The position numbers and the translations under genes were made by a program. This document shows, piece by piece, positions 1 through 9,608 of a stretch of 64,000 nucleotides of DNA. The DNA comes from an uncultured Chloroflexia bacterium (GTDB lineage: Bacteria > Chloroflexota > Limnocylindria > Limnocylindrales > CSP1-4), in NCBI GenBank assembly GCA_963748625.1, contig CAVVJT010000010.1:416001-480000 (forward strand), given 5' to 3'. Numbering within the stretch: the first letter of the stretch is position 1; every line of letters begins with the position of its first letter. The notes under the pieces are model-generated. The model ran no database searches, was not told where the DNA came from, and saw only the letters and a list, made by a program, of their open reading frames with translations.

Positions 1-547
1 CGTCCAGAAGGACACCGCCAAGGCCGCCCGCCAGGCCGCTGCGGAGCGCATGACCGGCGTCGTCGAGGCGCTCAAGAAGCTGGGCATCGACGACAAGGAC
101 ATCGCCACCTCCACGGTGTCGCTCAGCCCCGTCTACGACTGGTCCAACAACACCCAGCGCATCACCGGCTACCAGCTCAGCAACATGGTCACCGTGACCG
201 TGCGCGACCTCGACAAGCTCGGTGACGTCCTCGACAACACGATCACCGCGGGCGCCACCAGCGTCGACGGCATCACGTTCGACGTGGCGGACCGCAACGG
301 CGCCGAGGCGAAGGCCCGCGAGGCCGCCATGGCCGACGCCAAGGCCAAGGCCGACACGCTCGCCAAGGGCGCGGGCGTCCGGGTGACCGGCGTCCAGTCC
401 ATCAGCGAGTCTGTCTCGACCCCGGTCTGGTACGACTACCGGATGGCCGCCCCGGCCGCGGGTGCCGCCGAGGACGCCTCCACGCCGGTCATGCCCGGCA
501 CCACCGACGTCACCATCACCGTCCAGGTCGTCTACCTGATCGACTGA
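1..547 (+). CDS. SIMPL/DUF541 domain protein (5' end outside window)
   Basis: ORF with DIATSTVSLSPVYD...GYQLSNMVTVTVRD...AREAAMADAKAKA...PGTTDVTITVQVVY, typical of DUF541; frame open from window start. Confidence 0.85.
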   Translation, partial: VQKDTAKAARQAAAERMTGVVEALKKLGIDDKDIATSTVSLSPVYDWSNNTQRITGYQLSNMVTVTVRDLDKLGDVLDNTITAGATSVDGITFDVADRNGAEAKAREAAMADAKAKADTLAKGAGVRVTGVQSISESVSTPVWYDYRMAAPAAGAAEDASTPVMPGTTDVTITVQVVYLID

Positions 548-570
548 TCGACTGACCCAACGGGGCTCAC

Positions 571-600
571 GGCCCGGGTTCCCTCAGCGGAACCCGGGCC
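571..600 (+). terminator. Perfect 12-bp stem hairpin downstream of the SIMPL gene
   Basis: GGCCCGGGTTCC-ctcagc-GGAACCCGGGCC between convergent genes; no U-tract. Confidence 0.55.
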
Positions 601-808
601 GCTCGAATTCACGCCGCGTGAGTCGCCAATGCATCAATCCTGGCACGTCCCCGCACGATCGGGACGCGAAGGTCGGGTTTCGCGGCACGGTCACGCACGC
701 TGGCAGGCCTACTTGAGTCTGGGGCGCATCAAAGGGCCGAAGCCCCCGCCGCGGTTCGGCCGAGTAGGGCCCGGCGCCAGGCGGGGCCGCTCAATTCTGC
801 GCCCGCGC

Positions 809-2229
809 TCAGCCGGCCAGCGCCTGCTCCAGGTCGTCGATCACGTCGGCCGGGTGCTCCCCGCCGATCGAGAGCCGCACCAGGCCCGCGCGGGATCTGC
901 GCCGTCTCGCGCCCGACCGCGCCCTGCTGCTGGTGCGTGGAGATGGACGGGATCACGGCCACGCTCTTCACGCGGCCGAGGTCCGTCGCCCGGAAGACCA
1001 GCTCCAGCCGGTCGTACATCCGGCGCGCCGCCTCGACCCCGCCTCGCAGCGTGAACCCCAGCAGCGTCCCGTAGCGGGCCACCTCGTGCCCCTCGGCGTC
1101 GCCATCGGCCAGGCGGAAGTCCCGCGCCGCCACCGATGTGCCCCGGATGCTCCAGCAGCCCCGGGTAGAGCACCCGGTCCACGTCCCGGTGCCCGTCGAG
1201 GTACCGCGCCACCGCCATCGTCGAGCGTGACCACGCGTCCATCCGCGTCCGCAGCGTGCGCAGGTCGGACAGCAGCGCCAGGGCGGCCTGCGGCGAGAGC
1301 GACGCCCCCATGTCGCGCGACGGCAGCAGCTTGAGATGCGTGGCGAAGTCGGCGCGCAGGTCGTCCGCGCCGGACCGCATCACGATGTCCCGCCGCGCGA
1401 CCACCGCCCCCGCGATCGCCAGCCCCGACGCCCCGATCGCCTTCGACAGGGAGTGGATGACGATGTCGGCCCCGAGGCCCAGCGGCCGCAGCAGCGCGGG
1501 CGTCGCCACGGTGGAGTCCACGATCAGCGGCAGGCCCGCGTCATGGGCGACCTCGGCCAGCGCGGGGATGTCGGCCAGCGCGAGCGCCGGGTTCGACGGC
1601 ACCTCCACGTAGAGGAAGCGGGTGCCCTCGTCGATGGCCGCGGCCCAGGCGTCGGTGTCGAGCGGGTCGGCGATCCAGCGGACCTCGATCCCCCGCTCCG
1701 CCTGGTACCGCGAGAAGAGCATGAAGGTGCCGCCGTAGCACTTGGCCGATGCGACGAGGTTCGGCTTCGGCAGGTCCGCGTCGGCCGCGAGCAGCGCGTT
1801 CGTGGCCAGGTGGACGGCCGCCATGCCGGAGCTGGTGACGACGCAGGAGGCCTCGATGTCAGTGGCGTAGGTCTCGAGCAGCGCGAGCGTCTCCTCGAGG
1901 TACCCGGTGGTCGGGTTGGCGATGCGGGTGTAGCCCCACGCGGGCATGAGGTACGCGAGGGCGGCCTCGAGCTCGTCGGAATCGGCGAAGTGCTGCGCGG
2001 GCGACGCGTAGACGGGTTCGATGAGCGAGCCCTGGTTGCGGGCGGCGGCGAGGTGGTCGTAGACGCCGTGGACCGCGATGGTGTCGAACCGTCGGGTGCG
2101 GGCCTTCGCACGGGTGGCCGCCACGACCTCGCTCATCTCGCGGCCGCGGGCGACCCAGGCATCGAAGCCGGAAGGTCCGGTGGGGTCGATGGGGCCGTGG
2201 GGCGGATCGGGCTCGGCGGGGGCGGTCAT
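809..2229 (-). CDS. PLP-dependent Cys/Met metabolism enzyme (O-acetylhomoserine sulfhydrylase / methionine gamma-lyase family); two apparent frameshifts (~1135, ~890)
   Basis: YTRIANPT, SSGMAA, YGGT, DSTVATP, HSLSK (PLP Lys) in 841..2520; continues in 729..1133 (RATDLG...STHQQQ) and a third frame ending GLVRLSIGGEHPADVIDDLEQAL*. Confidence 0.85.
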
Positions 2230-2258
2230 GGCAGCGGGTCTCCTCCTGGGGGCGACGG

Positions 2259-2726
2259 CTAGAGGGGGAGCGCCGGGGCGTCCTTGACGGTCGCCATCAC
2301 GACGCTGGTCTGGATGCGGGCGATGCCCGGGAGCGGGGTGAGCTTGTCCACGACGAAGCGCTCGAGGGCGCGACGGTCGGGCAGGACCACCTTGAGCTGG
2401 TAGTCGAACTGGCCGGTGAGGTGGTGGCACTCGAGGACTTCGGGGAGTGCGGCCAGGGCCGTCCGGATGCGGGCGACCGCGTCCTGGTGGTGGAGCGCAA
2501 TGCCGATGGAGATCAGGCACAGCAGGTCGAAGCCGGCCCGCTCCTGGTCCACGCGTGCGGTGTAGCCGGTGATGACCTTCCTCTCTTCGAGGCGTCGGAC
2601 GCGCGCGTGGGTGGCCGCGGGGCTCAGGCCCACGGTGCGGGCGAGGTCGAGGTTGCTCATCCGGCCGTCCCGCTGGAGGCTGCGGAGGATCTCGCGGTCG
2701 AGGTCATCGAGGGTGATGCTGGTCAT
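2259..2726 (-). CDS. Lrp/AsnC family transcriptional regulator
   Basis: LDDLDREILRSLQRDGRMSNLDLARTVGLS...ECHHLTGQFDYQLKV; start taken at MTSITL. Confidence 0.93.
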   Translation of the reverse strand: MTSITLDDLDREILRSLQRDGRMSNLDLARTVGLSPAATHARVRRLEERKVITGYTARVDQERAGFDLLCLISIGIALHHQDAVARIRTALAALPEVLECHHLTGQFDYQLKVVLPDRRALERFVVDKLTPLPGIARIQTSVVMATVKDAPALPL

Positions 2727-2882
2727 GTTCCTGCCGGTTCTGCAAGGGGTTGTTCGGTATGTGAGCATGATGTCCGAATATCTGTCGGCTGTCGATGGGT
2801 CTGCCGTGCAGTTGTTCGGCCACCGGGAGAGTTGCCTGCAGGGCGCCCATCTTCGGCGGCATGCCGACTTCTCGACGGTTCG

Positions 2883-2991
2883 CCCCACGTGGGGGCCAGA
2901 TCCGCACCTCGCACGCACGCACCGGGTCGCAAACCCGGGGTTTCGCGCGCAGAGCACGCTCAGCTGGGCCCGAACCGCCCCCCACGTGGGC
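2883..2991. repeat. Family B palindrome-bounded dispersed element (~109 bp), copy 1
   Basis: Ends CCCCACGTGGGG / CCCCACGTGGGC; its reverse complement aligns almost without gaps to 48946..49053 (shared TGAGCGTG, GAAACCCNGG, GGCCCCCANGTGGGGCG). Confidence 0.75.
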
Positions 2992-3096
2992 CGCCGCGCG
3001 GGGTTGGAGCCGGGGAACGTAGGCCGCCGGTGGACGAACCGGGCCGGCGGGGGCTGCAGATGGGCGACCCGGCCCGCGACACGTTCAGGGGACCCG

Positions 3097-5574
3097 GTGC
3101 ACACTGCGCCCGTGCGCCGCTTCGCCCGTCTCGCCCCGCTCGCCGCCCGCCGTCTCGCCCCGCTCGCCGCCTTCGCGCTGGCCACCGCCGTCGGCCTGTC
3201 CGGCATCACGGCGCCCGCAGCACGCGCCGCCGACGGCTTCGCCGAGACCGCGACCACCACCTACACGCTCCAGCCCGCGAAGGGTCGGCTGGCGGTCAAG
3301 GTCACGCTGCGGATCACGAACAGCACGCCCGACACCACCGAGCCCTACGAGTGCACCAAGTACCGCGAGGACTGGTTCTGGGGCACGGTCCCGTACACGG
3401 ACACCTGCTACCGGACCACGCACTGGTACCGCAACCAGGCGTCGATCTGGGTGGAGCGAGAGGCCGGCAAGGTCAAGGCGACGTCGGGCGGGAAGCGGCT
3501 GGCGGTCGAGTCGAGCCAGAAGGGCGACGCCTACCGCCTCGAGACGATCACGTTCCCCAAGCTGTTTTACGGCAAGTCCCGCACGATCACCGTCACCTAC
3601 ACGCTCAAGGGCGGCAGCCCGCGGTCGGACACGTTCACCCGGACGCTGCGCGCATACGCCTCGTTCTGCGTGATCGCCAACGGCGCCGACAAGGGCGAGG
3701 TCACCGTCCGCCTGCCGTCGGGCTTCAAGGTGGAGACCTCGGGCGAACCGCTGCGTGGCAAGGTCGACGGCGGCTCCCGGGTGTTCACCTCGGGCGCGGT
3801 CAAGGACACGTCGCGCTGGTACGCGTGCCTGTCGGGCACGAACGAGGACGGGTACACGGCCGAGGAGATGACCGCTCCCGATGGCCGCACGGTGCGCCTG
3901 CTGTCCTGGCCCGAAGACCCCACGTGGACCCGCGGGGTGCGCGACGAGGTGTCGGCCGGGCTGCCCGAGCTGCGCCGGCTGGTGGGTGCGGACATGGCCG
4001 GATCCGACGCGCTGGTCGTGAAGGAGGCCTCCACCGGCAACGAGTACGCGGGGTTCTACGACCGCAAGTCGAACACGATCACCGTGGGTGAGGACTACAC
4101 GCAGCCGTCGCTCGTGGCCCATGAGCTCGCGCACGTCTGGTTCAACGGGAGCGTCTTCGCCGAGACCTGGATGTCCGAGGGCTACGCCGAGTGGGCGGGG
4201 CGCACGGCCAGCGGCGACCTCGCGGCGTGCGGTCGCCCGGAGGCCGCACCGGCGTCGCTGACCCTGGCCGACTGGCGATATCTGGAGCCGCGCTCGAGCG
4301 CGGAGGAACGCGACGCGGTGTCGGCGCAGTACGACGCCTCCTGCTACATCGTCACCCGCGTGGCCCAGGCAGCCGGCGCGGACCGGATGGCCACGGTGAC
4401 GACGGCTCTGCTGGGTCGCGACGATCCCTACGCGCCCGGCTCGGACATGGCGCGGGCGACGAAGATCGCGACCTGGCGGGACTGGCTCGACGCGGTCGAC
4501 GAGCTGGGACTGCGGCCCGCGGGTGCCGCCGAAGGCCTCGCGTCCGACCTGCTGGTGGAATATGGGATCGCGTCCGACCGGGCACTGCTCGCGAAGCGGG
4601 CATCGGCGCGACGGGCGTACCAGGAGCTGCTGGCGACCGTGGTGATGTGGGATGTGCCCCCGGTCGTGCGCACGCCGCTCACGGAGTGGCACTTCGACGA
4701 TGCCCAGGCCGCGATCGCCGCCGCCGGCGAGACCTGGGAGGTCACCGGCCAGACCGATCTCGTGCTCGACGGCGTCGAGGCACGGCAGGGGCCGGCAGCC
4801 TCGGCCTGGGAGGGGGCGGCGTCCCTTGCGGACCTCGAGGAGGCGGCCTCGATCGCGCGGCGGCAGCTGGTGGCGTCGAAGGATGTGGCCGAGGTGCGGG
4901 AGCTGCTGGAGCAGCGCCTTGACCTGGTGGAGCAGGTGGGAATGGTCGGGACGGTGATGCCATCGCTTGACAGCGCCGTGGCGGCGATCAGGGTCGGTGA
5001 CGACGCGTCGGCGGCCGAGATCACGCTCCGGGTGCGCTCGATGCTGGGCGGGCTCCGGGCGCAGGGCGAGCAGCGGATCGTGCTGGGCGTGGGGATCGCG
5101 ATCCTGGTGCTGGCGCTGGCCGTGGTGCTGGTCGCCTGGCGGGTGCAGGTGTCGTCGCGCCGGCGTCGGGCCGGGCGGATGGCGGCGGCTGGTGCGGCGG
5201 GCGTCGGACCTGGTCCGGTTCCCGTCGGCACGTCGGCCAGTCCCGATGGGTTCAACAACGACAGCACCGCGACCGTTGTGGATCTGCCTGGTGTCGCGGG
5301 CCCGCTGCCTGCGTGGGCATCCCCGTCCATCGACGACTCCCCCACGATGGCCGTGCCGGACCTCGGGGCGCCGGCTGGGGCGCCGGCTGGGGCGCCGGTC
5401 GAGCCGCCGCTGGAGCCGCCTTCGAGCCGCCGCTGCCCCCTCCCCCGCCGCCGGTTCGCTGAACCTCGGGGGATTGACGCAATGGGTGCCCCCGGCGCAG
5501 CGCGATTCTCATCCTCGCACCAGGTGGGAGCTACCTCCGGCCAACCTGCCATCCCGCCACCTGGTGCGAGCTAA
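3097..5574 (+). CDS. Secreted, C-terminally membrane-anchored zinc metallopeptidase-like protein (gluzincin HExxH...E)
   Basis: Signal-like N-terminus (LAAFALATAVGLSGITAPAARA), HELAH..WMSEGYAEW, TM IVLGVGIAILVLALAVVLVAW, Pro-rich tail; start inferred; true stop may be ~5462 if the tail is frameshifted. Confidence 0.7.
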   Translation: MHTAPVRRFARLAPLAARRLAPLAAFALATAVGLSGITAPAARAADGFAETATTTYTLQPAKGRLAVKVTLRITNSTPDTTEPYECTKYREDWFWGTVPYTDTCYRTTHWYRNQASIWVEREAGKVKATSGGKRLAVESSQKGDAYRLETITFPKLFYGKSRTITVTYTLKGGSPRSDTFTRTLRAYASFCVIANGADKGEVTVRLPSGFKVETSGEPLRGKVDGGSRVFTSGAVKDTSRWYACLSGTNEDGYTAEEMTAPDGRTVRLLSWPEDPTWTRGVRDEVSAGLPELRRLVGADMAGSDALVVKEASTGNEYAGFYDRKSNTITVGEDYTQPSLVAHELAHVWFNGSVFAETWMSEGYAEWAGRTASGDLAACGRPEAAPASLTLADWRYLEPRSSAEERDAVSAQYDASCYIVTRVAQAAGADRMATVTTALLGRDDPYAPGSDMARATKIATWRDWLDAVDELGLRPAGAAEGLASDLLVEYGIASDRALLAKRASARRAYQELLATVVMWDVPPVVRTPLTEWHFDDAQAAIAAAGETWEVTGQTDLVLDGVEARQGPAASAWEGAASLADLEEAASIARRQLVASKDVAEVRELLEQRLDLVEQVGMVGTVMPSLDSAVAAIRVGDDASAAEITLRVRSMLGGLRAQGEQRIVLGVGIAILVLALAVVLVAWRVQVSSRRRRAGRMAAAGAAGVGPGPVPVGTSASPDGFNNDSTATVVDLPGVAGPLPAWASPSIDDSPTMAVPDLGAPAGAPAGAPVEPPLEPPSSRRCPLPRRRFAEPRGIDAMGAPGAARFSSSHQVGATSGQPAIPPPGAS

Positions 5575-5768
5575 CCGCCCGAACGCTCCCCTTGGGTCGG
5601 CTTAGGGTCACCTGGTGGGAGCAAGCGGATGTCGCAGGCCGACGACTTCGGATAGCTCCCGCCTGGTGGGAACAACCACACGTCCGGCGTGGGGTCCACG
5701 CTCAGCAGTGGTCGGCCAGCAGGTCGGTGGTGAGCAACACGTCGGATAGGTCCCACCTCGTGGGAATT
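5514..5768. repeat. Cluster of 5 degenerate REP-like palindromes, consensus ~TAGCTCCCACC(A/T)GGTGGGAGCTA
   Basis: Copies centred at ~5522, 5562, 5613, 5664, 5758. Confidence 0.65.
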
Positions 5769-5828
5769 TGCGCGAGTCCTCCGGCGTGGACCCCGGCACC
5801 GAGCGCTGGACCACGCCGGCGCACGGAC

Positions 5829-5852
5829 GAAATCGATTGCACCGGGTAGGCT
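5829..5852 (+). promoter_or_regulatory. LacI-type operator-like site plus -10 box of a probably leaderless gene
   Basis: GAAATCGATTGCA (5829-5841), then TAGGCT (5847-5852) 6 nt before the GTG at 5859. Confidence 0.5.
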
Positions 5853-5858
5853 TGCCCG

Positions 5859-6941
5859 GTGACCGCCCCTGAGCCGCTGACGCCCGCCGCCGAGCAGACC
5901 GCGCCGCCTGCCGCGGACCCGACGGCGCCCGCCGCTGCCCAGGCCGTGCCCGCCGCGGACCCGACGGCGCCCGTCGCCGAGCACACCGCGCCCGTCGCCG
6001 AGCAGACCGCGCCCGCCGGCTCCCCCGTTCACTCGCGGACGGCGGCCCTCGTGCTGCTGGCGCTGCTCGCGCTGGTCTGGGGCGTGCACTGGGTGGTGGT
6101 CAAGCAGGGCCTGCAGTACATGCCGCCGCTCACCTACGGGGCGTTCCGCATGATCGGCGGGCTGCTCACGATGGTCGCCCTGCTCGGTGTCCAGGGGAAG
6201 CTGGTGCGGCCGCCGCGCGAGGACTACCCGATCATCGCGTCGGTCTCGCTGCTCCAGATCGCGGCCGGCGTCCTGATCATGAACTTCGCCCTCCAGGCCG
6301 TGCCCGCCGGCCGCTCGTCGGTGCTGCTCTACGCGATGCCGCTGTGGGTGGCGCTGCTGCTGTGGCTCTTCTTCCGCGTCAAGCCGCGGCGCAACGAGGC
6401 GATCGGCCTGGTCCTGGGGCTCACGGGCATCCTCGTCCTGGTGAACCCGACCGTCATCGACTGGAGCATCCCTCTCGAGCTTGCGGGCACCGTCGCGCTC
6501 GTCATCAACGGCGTCCTGTGGGCGGCCGTGACCATCCATATCCGACGCCACACCTGGCGCTCCACCCCGCTGCTCCTCCAGCCGTGGATGCTGCTCGTGG
6601 CGGGGGTGCCGATCGTGGCCGCCGCCATCTTCTTCGAGCAGGGGCGCGAGGTCACCTGGGGCTTGCCGTTGATCCTGGCGCTCCTCTACTCCGGGCCACT
6701 GGCGACCGCCTTCGCGAACTGGGCGAGCCAGTCGATCACGCGTTCCCTCGGCCCGCTGGCGTCCGCCGTTGGGTTCCTGGCGACGCCGGTTGTCGGCCTG
6801 ATCGCGGGCGCGATCGTGCTCAACGAGCAGCTGGGGCTGATCGACCTGGCCGGGTTCGCGATGGTGCTCGCAGGGATCGCGGCGACGTCACTGTTCCCGG
6901 CGCCCGCTCCGCGAGAGCGGGCCGCCGCCGAGCGCACCTGA
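5859..6941 (+). CDS. DMT/EamA family transporter with low-complexity N-terminal extension
   Basis: LALVWGVHWVVVK, ~10 TM segments, PVVGLIAGAIVLNEQL; N-terminal ADPTAP/AEQTAP repeats. Confidence 0.9.
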   Translation: MTAPEPLTPAAEQTAPPAADPTAPAAAQAVPAADPTAPVAEHTAPVAEQTAPAGSPVHSRTAALVLLALLALVWGVHWVVVKQGLQYMPPLTYGAFRMIGGLLTMVALLGVQGKLVRPPREDYPIIASVSLLQIAAGVLIMNFALQAVPAGRSSVLLYAMPLWVALLLWLFFRVKPRRNEAIGLVLGLTGILVLVNPTVIDWSIPLELAGTVALVINGVLWAAVTIHIRRHTWRSTPLLLQPWMLLVAGVPIVAAAIFFEQGREVTWGLPLILALLYSGPLATAFANWASQSITRSLGPLASAVGFLATPVVGLIAGAIVLNEQLGLIDLAGFAMVLAGIAATSLFPAPAPRERAAAERT

Positions 6942-6986
6942 CGACGCCTCGGCACCGAACCGACGCCACACGGCGCCGGCGATGCC

Positions 6987-8240
6987 CTACTTGACCCGCG
7001 ACAGCCACCCCACACAGGCCGCCGTGACTGACACGACGCCCATCGCGACGCCGACGCCCACCCACCCGGCAACCGGCTCGATGACCGCGAACAGCGTGGG
7101 CCCCAGGACCATGCCCGCATTCTGGCCGAGCATCAGCGCGGCCATGCCGGCACCAGCCAGACGGGGCAGTGGCATCGCCTCGGGGACGGCGGCGAACAGG
7201 GCCGACGGCACAGCGCCCATCGACAGTCCCACCGCGAACAGCACGAGCGGCAGCATGGACTCGACGGTGAAGGGCAGCAGCACGAGGACGCCCATCAGGA
7301 CGCTGGCGATCGTGAACACGAGGCGCCGCGAACCGATCTTGTCCGAGATCAGCCCGGACCCGAATGAGCCAACGCCGGCACCGACGAGCACGAGGCTCGA
7401 CACGGCCGCCGCCATCGCCAGCTCGAAGCCGCGCTCGTCGACGAGGAATGTGGCGAGGAACGCGTTGACGCCGCCAGCCGCGGTGCTCGAGAGCCCGAAC
7501 ACCGCCGCAAGGATCCAGATCTCGCGCCCGCTGAGGCCGAGACGGAGGTCACCCAGGGCACCGCTCGTCCGACGCGTGCCACGCGCCTCCACGCGTGAGC
7601 CGGCACCCGCACTCTGACCCGCACCCGCACTCGGACCTCCACCGCGAACCACACCGAACACGACCACCCCGGCCACCGCAGCCACGGCGGCCGACAGCCA
7701 CCACGCTGCCGCCCAGCCCCAGGTCGATGCCAGCGCCGGCCCGATCAGGTACATGAGAATCCCGCCCACCGGCACCCAGGTCGCCCAGATGCCCATGGGC
7801 AGGCCCCGCCGCTCGTCCGGGAACGTGCCCGCCACCACGGCCGGTGCGGCCACGCCGACAAGCCCCACCCCGACGCCCTGGACGGCGCGCCCGGCGAGGA
7901 ACATCCCGAAGTCCGGGGCGACGACGCCCAGCAGGCTCCCCAGCACCACGCTGGCCATGGCCGCCACGATGGTGGCCCGAGCCCCGTACCGCACCAGCAG
8001 CAGCCCGGCCGGCAGAGCGAGCACCAGCCCCGTGATCGAGAACACGGACATCATCGAACTCGCCGCCGCCAGGTCGACGCCGAACGACTCGATGAGGAGC
8101 GGCATCAGCGGCGGTGCCGCGAACTGCGCCATGACCGCAGCGATGCTCGCGAGGTAGACCGCCCCCAGGACCAGCCACGGCGACGCCATGGGGCGCGAGA
8201 CCGGGATCGACTGGGCGATGGGTGCGGCGGCAGGTGACAT
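6987..8240 (-). CDS. MFS transporter (CynX/NimT-like)
   Basis: C-terminal ~417 aa of ORF 6987..9347, ~12 TM, GLISDKIGSRR motif A; start taken at MSPAAAP. Confidence 0.85.
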   Translation of the reverse strand: MSPAAAPIAQSIPVSRPMASPWLVLGAVYLASIAAVMAQFAAPPLMPLLIESFGVDLAAASSMMSVFSITGLVLALPAGLLLVRYGARATIVAAMASVVLGSLLGVVAPDFGMFLAGRAVQGVGVGLVGVAAPAVVAGTFPDERRGLPMGIWATWVPVGGILMYLIGPALASTWGWAAAWWLSAAVAAVAGVVVFGVVRGGGPSAGAGQSAGAGSRVEARGTRRTSGALGDLRLGLSGREIWILAAVFGLSSTAAGGVNAFLATFLVDERGFELAMAAAVSSLVLVGAGVGSFGSGLISDKIGSRRLVFTIASVLMGVLVLLPFTVESMLPLVLFAVGLSMGAVPSALFAAVPEAMPLPRLAGAGMAALMLGQNAGMVLGPTLFAVIEPVAGWVGVGVAMGVVSVTAACVGWLSRVK

Positions 8241-8250
8241 AGAAGCTCCG

Positions 8251-8293
8251 AACAGGAAGGGAGGCCCCCGCCCGGCGAGGAGCGGGAGCCTCC
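8251..8293 (-). terminator. Hairpin between methyltransferase and MFS genes
   Basis: GGAGGC-CCCCGC...GCGGG-A-GCCTCC stem followed on the minus strand by CTTCCTGTT. Confidence 0.4.
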
Positions 8294-8317
8294 GGGGTTG
8301 CAGCGAAGATGAGCCCT

Positions 8318-9607
8318 CTAGCGGTACACCCCGAACTCCTTGGTGGCGTCGGCCCAGGCCTGGACGTTCTCCACGGAGCAGCCCTCGAGCTCGTTGACGT
8401 ACGTCGCCATGACGTAGCCGCCGCCCTTGCCCAAGGTCTCGCACAGCTCCTGGGTCTTCTCGCGGATCTCGGCGACGCTGCCGCCGCGGACCGTCGAGTT
8501 GGGCATGCCGCCGACGATGCACATGACCTCGCCGGCGGTCTCCTTGATCAGCTGCATGTTGCTGTTCTGGAACATGCCCACGGTCTTGCCCTTGGGCAGG
8601 CGCGCGAGGTACTCGACCCGCTTGTCCCAGATGCCCTCGTAGTAGACGACCGGCGTGATCCCCGCATCGATGAGCCGGAGCTGCATCTCCTCGAGCTGCG
8701 GCCAGTAGAACTTCTCGAACTGCTCGATGGACATGAACCCGTCCGACCCACGGTGGAGCGGGATGAACGTGTACGGGTTGCCCATCATCCGGCACGTGGC
8801 GATCGCGTTGTCCACTTGGAAGTCGAGGACCTTCTTCTCGGCGGCCAGCAGCTGGTCCGGCCGCTGGCGCAGGTCCAGGAAGATGCCGCGCATGCCGCGG
8901 AGCGTGTCCGACATGAAGTCGAACGGCGCCTCGGTCAGGGCGCCCAGCCAGGTGACGGGCGGCACGCCGACCGCGGCGAGCGCCTGGGCCTGCCCGACAG
9001 ACATCCCGATCCACTCGGCCTGGGCAGCCGCGGCCTTCTGCAAGGCCTCGAAGGCCTTCTGGACCGGCGGTGCCCCCAGGGCGGGCAGTCCGAGGATGAT
9101 GTTGTAGTAGCCGAAGAGGCTCATGCCGAGCGGCGGCAGGTACTGGAGGCCCTCGAGCTCGCTGAAGGCGCGCGGGAGGTACGTCCGGATCGCGAAGTCG
9201 CTCATGTCGTTCAGGAAGGCGTCGTAGTCCTCGGCCTTCATGAACTCGTGCTCGTCGAACTGGTAGGAGCTCGAATCCGGCAGCGACCAGCCCGGCCACT
9301 TCGTCATCCGGTCGCCCAGGATCGTGCTGGGCCGAGGATCGTGCCACGGGCCGAGGGTCTCATCGGGACCGAATCGGGCCGCAGCCTCCACGAGGACGCG
9401 GGTCTGAAGGTCCCAGTCGCGGTAGAGGTCGGCGTGGGAGACGCCCGCGAGCTCGGCCGAGAAGTAGCCGAGGCCCAGGGACATCGGCACGCGGTCCGGC
9501 TGGCCCATGGCGTACGCCGTCTTAATCCGGGTCGAGCGCTCGACGAGCAGCTCCGCAGGCGTCTTGGCGAGGTCGGGGTTCACCCAGCCGGTCATCGTGT
9601 CGGTCAT
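8318..9607 (-). CDS. Uroporphyrinogen decarboxylase-like (MtaA/CmuA-type) corrinoid methyltransferase
   Basis: PDRVP N-terminal motif, PFDFMSDTLRGM, FIPLHRGSDGFMS, FEKFYWP, CIVGGMP, GKGGGYVM; adjacent to corrinoid protein. Confidence 0.82.
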   Translation of the reverse strand: MTDTMTGWVNPDLAKTPAELLVERSTRIKTAYAMGQPDRVPMSLGLGYFSAELAGVSHADLYRDWDLQTRVLVEAAARFGPDETLGPWHDPRPSTILGDRMTKWPGWSLPDSSSYQFDEHEFMKAEDYDAFLNDMSDFAIRTYLPRAFSELEGLQYLPPLGMSLFGYYNIILGLPALGAPPVQKAFEALQKAAAAQAEWIGMSVGQAQALAAVGVPPVTWLGALTEAPFDFMSDTLRGMRGIFLDLRQRPDQLLAAEKKVLDFQVDNAIATCRMMGNPYTFIPLHRGSDGFMSIEQFEKFYWPQLEEMQLRLIDAGITPVVYYEGIWDKRVEYLARLPKGKTVGMFQNSNMQLIKETAGEVMCIVGGMPNSTVRGGSVAEIREKTQELCETLGKGGGYVMATYVNELEGCSVENVQAWADATKEFGVYR

Positions 9608-9608
9608 C

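Noticed and set aside
2727-2880. SAM riboswitch upstream of the Lrp/sulfhydrylase genes
   Set aside because: No SAM-I/IV consensus (ATC.AGAG...GGC..GCAACC) recognised.
5514-5768. CRISPR array
   Set aside because: Repeats are degenerate, spacing is irregular and no cas genes are present; kept as a REP-like cluster.
6987-9347. 786-aa methyltransferase-MFS fusion
   Set aside because: The upstream part is an Arg/Pro-rich alternative frame of the URO-D gene; the MFS starts at ~8240.
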